Program-made: the position numbers and the translations under genes
Part shown: positions 47,767 through 55,906 of the stretch, piece by piece
Layout of the letters: each line of letters starts with the position of its first letter
How positions within the stretch are numbered: position 1 is the first letter of the stretch
The notes under the pieces: model-generated
What the model was told of the DNA's origin: nothing
Database searches by the model: none
What the model saw: the letters and a program-made list of their open reading frames with translations, nothing else
Source: Bacteroidota bacterium
Lineage (GTDB): Bacteria > Bacteroidota > Bacteroidia > NS11-12g > UBA955
DNA: 64,000 nucleotides
Direction: 5' to 3'
Assembly: GCA_013205405.1 (NCBI GenBank)
Contig: JABMMZ010000015.1
Span: forward strand, 1,647 to 65,646

Positions 47767-48813
47767 ATGTCAGAAGACGTTTTAGAAACCATTAATCAAT
47801 TATCTGTTCACCATTTAGGCAATAAAAACAATGATGAAGATATTTTTATCACCAAAGCACCTATTGACCTTGGTGACGTGCAGCTGCAAGAACTCTTGTT
47901 AAAGTTTTTTTTAACACCCTTTGGTACCCATGAGTTTTATAATTTTACTTTTTCAAACCAAGATTTTAAGTTAAATCCATTGTATATTTATGCCACACAA
48001 ATATTTGATGGTATAAATGATTTTCATTTAAATACCATCAACATAGCCAAGCATTTGTATGAGGTTTCTAATCACCCATTGATAAAAGCAGGCGACTTAT
48101 TTATTGCTCATTTTTCCAATTTATTTATTGATAATGAAACGGTAGATGGGGTTGGTATTTTTAAGTCGGAAAATAGACAATCGTTTATTAAAATTAATCA
48201 AAATAAAAATGCTTTTGATTTAAAATATGAAGACGGTATTAATATAGAAAAGTTGGATAAAGGTTGTTTAATATTGAATACCGAAAAAGAGGCAGGGTAC
48301 AAAGTCTGTATTGTAGATAAATCAAATAAAGGCGGTGAAGCCCAATTTTGGCGCGATAGTTTCTTAATGTTGCGTTCTAGAAATGATGAGTATCATCAAA
48401 CTAAAGATTTTTTGAATATTGCAAAGAACTATGTTACGAAACAAATGGCGGAGGATTTTGAGGTCAATAAAACAGATCAGATAGATATTTTAAACCGCTC
48501 TATGGAATACTTCAAAAACCATGATAATTTCGAAAAGGAAATGTTCGAGCAAGAGGTGTTTCAACAACTTGAAATTATAGAGTCTTTTAGAAAGTATGAT
48601 GAAATTTATAGAGAAGATAACGATATTCTATTAGCGGATAGTTTTGAGATATCTAATCAAGCTGTAAAAAAGCAAGCTAAGGTTTTTAAAAGTATTTTAA
48701 AGTTAGATAAGAATTTTCATATCTATATTCATGGTAATAAAGAAATGATAGAGCAAGGGGTAGAGTCTGATGGCCGAAAGTATTACAAAATTTATTATAA
48801 AAATGAGGCTTAA
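47767..48813 (+). CDS. nucleoid-associated protein (NdpA/YejK-like family)
   Basis: LSVHHLGNKNNDE...LLLKFFLTPF...NIAKHLYEVSNHPLIKAGDLFIAHF...GIFKSENRQSF matches the Bacteroidota NdpA-like pattern. Confidence 0.65.
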   Translation: MSEDVLETINQLSVHHLGNKNNDEDIFITKAPIDLGDVQLQELLLKFFLTPFGTHEFYNFTFSNQDFKLNPLYIYATQIFDGINDFHLNTINIAKHLYEVSNHPLIKAGDLFIAHFSNLFIDNETVDGVGIFKSENRQSFIKINQNKNAFDLKYEDGINIEKLDKGCLILNTEKEAGYKVCIVDKSNKGGEAQFWRDSFLMLRSRNDEYHQTKDFLNIAKNYVTKQMAEDFEVNKTDQIDILNRSMEYFKNHDNFEKEMFEQEVFQQLEIIESFRKYDEIYREDNDILLADSFEISNQAVKKQAKVFKSILKLDKNFHIYIHGNKEMIEQGVESDGRKYYKIYYKNEA

Positions 48814-51800
48814 AAATCTAATCCCATAGAAAAGGTTGTAATATTTTTTTGAAACTTATTTTCTATAAGTCCCCAGCCGTTGTCTAATTTAAGATAATGG
48901 CCTAATACTTTTGCTCTTAAACCTAAACCAAATCCATACAAAAATGGGTCTCTTTGCGAAACTACAGTGATATTGTAAGATGGAGTTGTTAGCAGCTTGG
49001 TATTAAAAGGATTGCCAGTACTATATGGCGTAGCAAATTGCCATGCAGTGCCAATATCAGCAAAACCAACCACCATTAAGCTTTTAAAAAACGCGCTTGT
49101 TATAGGTTTTTTAATTAAATAGGAGAGCAATGGAATGCGAAGTTCTGCATTTAGAACAGCATACTTGTTGCCTCCACGACTATTGCGTAAGAAACCACGC
49201 ATGGGTGCAACAATAGTTTGAAATGCGAAGCCATCACCCGTTAAAGTGGAAATGCTATAATTAAAATTTTCTGTAGAGCGCGCGAAGCTATTTTGACCAA
49301 CGCCAAATTGATTTTCAACACCACCTAAATAATAACCTGTAAATTGTTTTCCTAAGGAAATAGCGCCACTTAAACGCGCTGCAAAATTTATTTGTCGGTG
49401 CAATTTTTGATAGTATCTGCCATCAAAACCTGAATTTAAAATTTGAGTATTTTTTCTTAAACCAATATAGTTTTCACTATATAATTTAAACCTTATTCCT
49501 TCAAATAAATTAAGGCCACGGCTAATAATATTGTCATAAACATATTCTATGCCAGTACTGCCATATAAATTACCCTGTTGAGTCTTTAAGAGTGATATAC
49601 TATCTGTAGCTAAAGTAATAATTTTGTCTTCTCTTACTCTACCATAAACTTCTATTCTGTTGCGCTCATTAAATGGATAAGAGTAACAAAGTTTAGCTTC
49701 TCCTGTTACCATTTTTGTGGCTATTCTTTCCGATTCAAAAGTTCTACCTTTTCTAAATCCTGAAAAAGTTTTATCCCATCTGCCTTTGCGGTTTGTGTAT
49801 TTAATAAAATAATCGGATAGTTTAATATTTATAGGAATTCTAAAGCCTGCTTCTATGGTATAATTTTTTAAATTGTCGCTAATACTATTTTGAAATAAGG
49901 TATTTAGCAAAGGATAATTATAAACTACTTCACTCACATTGGCTGGGTATAAATAAGAATTTAAAATAGAGTTGTCAAATTGTTGTAAGAAATAATTCAT
50001 GCCAAAATTAAGACGGTATTGAGAGGTAAATAAATTTTTTTGTATAGCAGCAATCGTGCTCATTTCATTGGCCAATTCATCTCTTTCTGAAAAACCACTG
50101 ATAAATATCTTTACTTTTTTTACCGTATCTATTGGAGCTGATTTAATATTAGAAATGGAGTCTTGATTAGTTGAGGTTATGACAACAGAATCTTTCAAAT
50201 TATTATTTAAAATCAACCATTTTTTGTAAGCAGTTTTTCGCGAAAGGTCGATAGCATCTTCCTCTAAATTTTCACTTATATCTCCAATATAAATACGGTA
50301 TGCATTGTTGTAAAAAATTAAATCGGCAATAGTATTTTGATTATTGGCCACATCATTATCAATTATACAGCGTTTATAGTTGGTGAGTTGTAATATCTTA
50401 TCATCTTTGGTAATGGCATAGTTGTTTATGATGCCATTTCTATCACTTAAAAAACTAATATACCCATTGTTTAATTCCACAGGGTGGGTATAGTTTACAA
50501 AACTTTTAGGATTACTAATTATTTCTGTAACTATTTTTGAATCTAAGTCGATAGAGAATATAGAAAAATAATTTTCAAAAGTATTATTTTGTGTTCTATT
50601 AGAAGAAAAATAAATACTTTTTCCATCTAATGCATATCTTGGATTTTTATCGTCATATCCATCGTTTATTAAATCTGTAAAAGTTTTTTCATTTAAATTA
50701 TATCTTATGATATCTGATTGCGAATTTCGAATTACCGTAAAAAGAATTTCATTGCCATCTTTATTAAAACTCATCTCTTTAATAAAAGGTACATTTTCAA
50801 TAGTATATGATTTAATTTTAAGACCTGTCAAGTCAAATTCTGTCATTAATGTTTTATTGTTTTTAATGGTTATAACCATTAATTTTTTACCATCAGGATG
50901 CCATGCTATAATGGGATAATTATAATCTGCTAGTCTATTAAATGATTGATGTCCTCCTTTTAATATTATCTTATACGTGCGACTTTTAATAGCATATAAA
51001 ACTATTTGATATTTACCTTTTACATTGGTTACCAATGCAAGCTTTTTACCATCTATACTTAACTTAAATTGGGTATGTCTTTGTTTCGATAGTTTAGCAA
51101 GCGAATTTTCTTCTCCTCTTGGCAATTTAAAAATGGCTTCGTCTTCTTTGTATTTTTCTTTGTAAAATTCTTGCCAATCTTTAAACATATTATTGATAGT
51201 AAGACCAGTATAATAATTAAAAGCACTCTCTATGCTTCTGCCTACGCGTGTAAGAAATACAACATTACTTACAGAGCTTTTACCATATTTTTCTTCTAAA
51301 TACCGCCAAATACTGTGGCCAGCCAATATTTCATCATCTTGTTGCAAGCTATTAAAAGTTTTGGCCTTTCCGGTTAGTAAGAAATCTTTAAGGTAATTAT
51401 CATTATCAATATTCCAACTTTCTGCTAAATAAGAAACTAAGCCTTTGTAATACCAATCTGGCAAAGTTAGCAAGGCACTTGTTTGAATTCTATCGCGTAA
51501 ATCGCCACCGAATATAAATTCGTTTATCATTACCTCAGCCACTGCTTTGCGAGTTTGCAATTGTAAATCTATTCTATTGCCAGTAAAATAAACTGCACTT
51601 GTATTATCCGAAAGGGTAGAATAGCCTCCTGCATAATGTTGTGGATTGGTAAGTGTAATATTACTATTCTGATAGGCAATAAAATTATTAAAAACTACTA
51701 CTTTAATGCCATTGCTTAAGTTGTAGTTCAATTTGTTTTCAAACTCGGGAAGGTAATTGTTAATATACCCAAGCACTAATTGGGCTAGCTCTATACCATC

Positions 51801-51950
51801 TTCAGAATAAATTATTTCAATATTATCTTGTTTAAGGCTATAGTTAGTGGTATTATTTTGCACTCTATTTTGACCAAAATCTGTGTAAATACCTTGCCCC
51901 TTAGCGGTAAATACTATTGCTAAGATAATACTATAAAGAAATAATCGCAT
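48810..51950 (-). CDS. large outer-membrane protein: MA-peptidase-like N-domain (no HExxH), PD40 repeats, Omp85-like C-terminal barrel
   Basis: Signal peptide; central DGKKL / DGKSIYFSSNR PD40 motifs. The C-terminus (YYLGGVENQF...RGF...NAELRIPL...FADIGTAW...GLGLRAKV...SMGLDF) resembles the surface-antigen barrel. Confidence 0.55.
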   Translation of the reverse strand: MRLFLYSIILAIVFTAKGQGIYTDFGQNRVQNNTTNYSLKQDNIEIIYSEDGIELAQLVLGYINNYLPEFENKLNYNLSNGIKVVVFNNFIAYQNSNITLTNPQHYAGGYSTLSDNTSAVYFTGNRIDLQLQTRKAVAEVMINEFIFGGDLRDRIQTSALLTLPDWYYKGLVSYLAESWNIDNDNYLKDFLLTGKAKTFNSLQQDDEILAGHSIWRYLEEKYGKSSVSNVVFLTRVGRSIESAFNYYTGLTINNMFKDWQEFYKEKYKEDEAIFKLPRGEENSLAKLSKQRHTQFKLSIDGKKLALVTNVKGKYQIVLYAIKSRTYKIILKGGHQSFNRLADYNYPIIAWHPDGKKLMVITIKNNKTLMTEFDLTGLKIKSYTIENVPFIKEMSFNKDGNEILFTVIRNSQSDIIRYNLNEKTFTDLINDGYDDKNPRYALDGKSIYFSSNRTQNNTFENYFSIFSIDLDSKIVTEIISNPKSFVNYTHPVELNNGYISFLSDRNGIINNYAITKDDKILQLTNYKRCIIDNDVANNQNTIADLIFYNNAYRIYIGDISENLEEDAIDLSRKTAYKKWLILNNNLKDSVVITSTNQDSISNIKSAPIDTVKKVKIFISGFSERDELANEMSTIAAIQKNLFTSQYRLNFGMNYFLQQFDNSILNSYLYPANVSEVVYNYPLLNTLFQNSISDNLKNYTIEAGFRIPINIKLSDYFIKYTNRKGRWDKTFSGFRKGRTFESERIATKMVTGEAKLCYSYPFNERNRIEVYGRVREDKIITLATDSISLLKTQQGNLYGSTGIEYVYDNIISRGLNLFEGIRFKLYSENYIGLRKNTQILNSGFDGRYYQKLHRQINFAARLSGAISLGKQFTGYYLGGVENQFGVGQNSFARSTENFNYSISTLTGDGFAFQTIVAPMRGFLRNSRGGNKYAVLNAELRIPLLSYLIKKPITSAFFKSLMVVGFADIGTAWQFATPYSTGNPFNTKLLTTPSYNITVVSQRDPFLYGFGLGLRAKVLGHYLKLDNGWGLIENKFQKNITTFSMGLDF

Positions 51951-52033
51951 TGAACAAAAGTAAGGGTTTTTTAAATGTTAGATGACTGATTTATGAAAGT
52001 ATGGTAATAAAAAGTCCCGAAATATTTAAAGGA

Positions 52034-53551
52034 CTATGGCAATAATCTGCCGTACATTCTTGGAAAAGGAATGCTTTCGCGCACGTGTTTTAATTTGCAA
52101 AGCCATGTAACTAGGCGCTCTAAGCCTAAGCCAAAACCAGCATGTGGCACACTGCCATATTTACGCAAATCTAAATACCACTCAAAGGCATCCATTGGCA
52201 AATCGTGTTCAGTAATTTTATTACGCAGTTTCATTTCGTCTGTTTCTCGCTCGCCACCACCTACTATTTCACCATAGCCTTCGGGTGCTAATACATCTAT
52301 GCCACGGGCAAAGCGCTCATCGTTAGGATTGCGTTTGAGGTAAAATGCTTTAACGGCATGTGGCCAATCATACACCATTATAGGGCTATCGAACAAACGG
52401 GTAATAACGGTTTCATCGCTACCGCCCAAATCGTTGCCGTACTCAAAGTTTTTAGCACTGGCTATCCATCCTGGTATATTGCGTTGGTTTTCTTCTAAGT
52501 CTTTAAGGTCGTTTTTAAGAGTAGCTATTTTATTTTGATTAAAGTTTATTTCGCCTTTTTTCATGCTTGGCAAAGCTATTTTGGCTTCTCTTTCGGTTAT
52601 TTCTGCTAGGGTTTCTGCGATTTTGGTTTCTACAGCAGCCAATTCGTTTTCTAAGCTCTTAATGCTGTTTTGTCCGTTTACATCTTTCTCGCCCTTAATA
52701 ATAGCCACAGCCTCATCATAGGTTAAACGAGGGAATTTATGTAAACTGCTTTCTAATGTGGTAGTATCTCTATCTATTAGTTTTAATTCGGCTTGACATT
52801 TATCCAAAACTTCTTTAATAACGTATTGAAGGAAGTTTTCTATTAAATCCATATTTTGATGGATATCATAAAAAGCCATTTCAGGCTCTATCATCCAAAA
52901 TTCAGAAAGGTGTCTACGTGTTTTACTTTTTTCTGCTCTAAAAGTAGGTCCAAAGGTGTATATTTTACCAAAAGCCATAGCCATAGCTTCGCCATATAAT
53001 TGGCCACTTTGGCTTAGATAGGCAGGATCGCCATAGAAATCGGTTTCAAATAAATTACTGGTACCCTCACAAGCATTGCCTGTAAAAATAGGGGCATCCA
53101 TTTGTAAAAAGCCTTCCTTTTGAAAGAAATTATGTATGCTATAAATAATAGTATTTCTTATTCTAAGAATAGCCCATTGTCTTTGACTGCGCAACCATAA
53201 ATGTCTTTGGTCCATTAAAAACTCAATGCCATGCTCTTTTTTAGCAATAGGATATTCGGCCGCTATATGAATCGTTTTGAGTTCACTTATTTGTATTTCA
53301 AAACCTCCAATTTGGCGTTCATCTTTTACTACATTTCCAGTTATTTCTACAGCACTTTCTAAAGTTAATTTACCTGCTTGTGCAAACTCGTCAGCAGTAA
53401 TTTTAGATTCATCGGCTATGCATTGGCAAAGGCCACTTCCATCTCTTAAATTAATAAATACAAGGCCTTTACTATCTCTTCTGTTAGCTACCCAACCTTT
53501 TAAAGTCACTTGTTTTCCTTCGAATTCTGCTAATTGTTTTATATAAACCAT
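52034..53551 (-). CDS. asnS: asparagine--tRNA ligase (archaeal/Thermus type) with an approximately 75-aa insertion
   Basis: EYPIAKKEHGIEFLMDQRHLWLRS, motif 2 FRAEKSKTRRHLSEFWMIEPE, motif 3 GFGLGLERL; 505 aa. Confidence 0.9.
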   Translation of the reverse strand: MVYIKQLAEFEGKQVTLKGWVANRRDSKGLVFINLRDGSGLCQCIADESKITADEFAQAGKLTLESAVEITGNVVKDERQIGGFEIQISELKTIHIAAEYPIAKKEHGIEFLMDQRHLWLRSQRQWAILRIRNTIIYSIHNFFQKEGFLQMDAPIFTGNACEGTSNLFETDFYGDPAYLSQSGQLYGEAMAMAFGKIYTFGPTFRAEKSKTRRHLSEFWMIEPEMAFYDIHQNMDLIENFLQYVIKEVLDKCQAELKLIDRDTTTLESSLHKFPRLTYDEAVAIIKGEKDVNGQNSIKSLENELAAVETKIAETLAEITEREAKIALPSMKKGEINFNQNKIATLKNDLKDLEENQRNIPGWIASAKNFEYGNDLGGSDETVITRLFDSPIMVYDWPHAVKAFYLKRNPNDERFARGIDVLAPEGYGEIVGGGERETDEMKLRNKITEHDLPMDAFEWYLDLRKYGSVPHAGFGLGLERLVTWLCKLKHVRESIPFPRMYGRLLP

Positions 53552-53607
53552 TTTAAAAATATAAATTTGCTTGTAAAATAAAGCGCAAAATTAGTTTACT
53601 TTGCACA

Positions 53608-53615
53608 TATATTTG
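53608..53615 (+). promoter_or_regulatory. TAnnTTTG -7 motif upstream of rpoN; a divergent copy for asnS lies at 53586-53593 on the minus strand
   Basis: TATATTTG lies 25 nt before ATG 53640. The reverse complement of CAAAATTA (53586-53593) is TAATTTTG. Confidence 0.4.
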
Positions 53616-53639
53616 AAAATAAAGTAATAAATTTACTCT

Positions 53640-55124
53640 ATGTTAAAACAGTCTCTGAGTCTTAAGCAGTTTCAAAAGCTATCACCACAGCAAATACAGT
53701 ACATTAAACTGTTGCAAATTGGTACGGCTGATTTTGAAGAAAGAATTGAACAAGAGTTGCTAGACAATCCAGCTTTAGAAAAAGGGGAGGATGAGAATGA
53801 AGCACCCACAAGTGTTCTTTTAGAAAACAAAAAAGATGAGTTTAGCAATGAAGATACTTTGAATGATGATTTTAATAGTTCAGATAATTTTGATAACGAT
53901 GATTTTACGGTATCAGAATTTTTGAGTGGTGATGACCAAGGTGCTAGTTTTAGAATGACAGATGATTATGGGGATGAGGAACAAAAGGAAATTCCAATAG
54001 CCTATCAACAAAGTTTTTACGATTTATTAGTAGAGCAAACCCACGCTAATTTTGAAGGTCGACAATTGGAGTTGGCATTGCATATAGTTGGAAATATAGA
54101 AGAAGATGGCTATTTAAGACGTCCACTAGATGCGATAGTAAACGATTTAGCTTTTACCGAAAATATATCTACTAATGAAGATGAATTAGAAAAGGTATTA
54201 ATAAAAATACAGAATTTTGACCCGCCAGGAATCGGTGCACGCGATTTGCAAGAATGCCTATTGCTGCAATTGTATAAAAAAGATTATGTTGGCAACAAAG
54301 GAATAGATTTAGCAGAAAAAATATTGGCTGATTATATGGAGCCTTTTGTAAAAAAGCACTATGATAAAATTACACATGCTTTAAAAATAACAGATGATGA
54401 ATTAAAACTGGCATTAGTTGAGATTGTTAAATTGAATCCAAAACCTGGACAATCACAATCTTCAGATAAATCGCAATACATTATTCCCGATTTTACTGTA
54501 TTAAATGATGATGGAAATTTAACAGTAATATTAAATTCTAGAAACGCTCCTGAATTAAAATTAAGCAGTTCATACAACGAAACATTAACTGCTTATGACA
54601 AAGACAACGGGAAAGATAAAAATTTAAAAGATGTTGTTCAATATATTAAACAAAAATTAGACGGTGCTAAGTGGTTTATTGACAGTGTAAAACAAAGACA
54701 ACAAACATTGCAATTAACTATGAGTTCTATAGTAAATGAGCAAAGAGATTTCTTTTTAGATGGTGATGATTCGTCTTTAAAACCTATGATATTGAAAGAT
54801 ATTGCAGATAAAATAGGTATGGATATTTCTACAATTTCACGTGTGGCTAATAGCAAATACGTGCAAACAGATTTTGGTATTTTTCCTTTAAAATATTTTT
54901 TTAGCGAAGGCATAGTAAGTGATAGCGGAGAGGAAGTAAGTAACAAGGAGGTTAAAAAAATATTGACAGAAGCTGTAGCTGCTGAAAATAAAAAGAAACC
55001 AATTACAGATGAAGCACTAATGGAACTATTGCATGCTAAAGGTTATAATATAGCTAGAAGAACCGTAGCCAAATATAGGGAGCAATTAAATATTCCTGTG
55101 GCTAGAATGCGGAAAGAATTATAG
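53640..55124 (+). CDS. rpoN: RNA polymerase sigma-54 factor
   Basis: N-terminal LKQ.L.LSPQQIQ, acidic region II, and the C-terminal RpoN box ARRTVAKYREQLNIP. Confidence 0.95.
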   Translation: MLKQSLSLKQFQKLSPQQIQYIKLLQIGTADFEERIEQELLDNPALEKGEDENEAPTSVLLENKKDEFSNEDTLNDDFNSSDNFDNDDFTVSEFLSGDDQGASFRMTDDYGDEEQKEIPIAYQQSFYDLLVEQTHANFEGRQLELALHIVGNIEEDGYLRRPLDAIVNDLAFTENISTNEDELEKVLIKIQNFDPPGIGARDLQECLLLQLYKKDYVGNKGIDLAEKILADYMEPFVKKHYDKITHALKITDDELKLALVEIVKLNPKPGQSQSSDKSQYIIPDFTVLNDDGNLTVILNSRNAPELKLSSSYNETLTAYDKDNGKDKNLKDVVQYIKQKLDGAKWFIDSVKQRQQTLQLTMSSIVNEQRDFFLDGDDSSLKPMILKDIADKIGMDISTISRVANSKYVQTDFGIFPLKYFFSEGIVSDSGEEVSNKEVKKILTEAVAAENKKKPITDEALMELLHAKGYNIARRTVAKYREQLNIPVARMRKEL

Positions 55125-55153
55125 GATTTAAGAATTAACAGTAAAAAAAATAA

Positions 55154-55477
55154 ATTATTGCCATAAGAGTAGTAAGAAACGAAGACGCAAAAGAAGACCA
55201 AAACATACCACAACCAGGTGGAGGAGGAGGCAATAGAGGCGGAGGCGGTGGTTGAATGATAGGTGCTTTATTACCTATTTTATTAGGCCTTTTTTGGAAA
55301 AATCCTAAACTATTAATTTTAGTTACTATTGTGGCAGGGGCATTTTATTTTTTTAAAGGAGGCTGTAATATACCAGGTGTTAGCGAACCACAAAATAGCA
55401 CCGCTTTAGCTACAGGTGCTGCATTAGAACCAAAACAATTTGATGCAACAGAGGTATTGAATCATTATCGTCTATAG
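55154..55477 (+). pseudogene. N-terminal remnant of a YpfJ-like neutral zinc metallopeptidase
   Basis: One frame reads IIAIRVVRNEDAKEDQNIPQPGGGGGNRGGGGG*MIGALLPILLGLFWKNPKLLILVTIVAGAFYFF... That is a Gly-rich stretch then a TM helix, as in YpfJ N-termini. No start codon, in-frame TGA at 55253-55255, and the catalytic HExxH part is absent. Confidence 0.45.
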
Positions 55478-55700
55478 GTTCGGGGGTTTGTGAAGTTGGG
55501 GAATTAGGAGAACTGAACTGTCTGCCAGCACTGAACTTGATACGAAGCACAAATATTCAATTAACCGCTGAACCCCCAATTTCATAAACCCCTTGTTATC
55601 GGTAGCTCTTCTGTCCGTCCGAAGATGTGTCGTATCAAGTTTGAACGCATTTTGTTTAAAGTGATTTACATTCAAGGCGATGTCTGTATGATTTTGCACT
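55478..55700. other. unassigned non-coding segment with long-range complementarity (candidate structured RNA or gene debris)
   Basis: GGGGGTT (55482-55488) pairs with AACCCCC (55571-55577). AACTTGATACGA (55534-55545) pairs with TCGTATCAAGTT (55630-55641). CTGAAC occurs three times. No convincing protein frame. Confidence 0.3.
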
Positions 55701-55766
55701 GTGCGTTGGAAAAATAAATAATTAAAAAACCGAAGGGTGGCAAAAAAAATAATTTGAATTTCTTCT

Positions 55767-55855
55767 TGGGTTGGAGAAAAAATACTCTCTTAAAAAAATG
55801 CTAGCAAAGTTGGCTTGTGCGTTTTTGAAGAGAGTATGTTTTTTTGTGGGTTGGA
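55767..55855. mobile_element. MITE-like miniature element: 71-bp core with terminal inverted repeats, flanked by 9-bp direct repeats
   Basis: TGGGTTGGA at 55767-55775 and 55847-55855. The core 55776-55846 begins GAAAAAATACTCTCTT and ends AAGAGAGTATGTTTTTTTG (10-bp perfect inverted repeat ATACTCTCTT/AAGAGAGTAT plus A/T runs). Confidence 0.45.
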
Positions 55856-55906
55856 TTTATTTTCCACAATATTACGATTTCCCTTTACCATAGGTCTTTA
55901 AAGCGT

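Noticed and set aside
55478-55500. tRNA or tmRNA 3' end suggested by GGTTCGGGGG.
   Set aside because: There is no GGTTCGAATCC-type T-arm, no acceptor stem complement, no CCA context, and no tag-peptide reading frame nearby.
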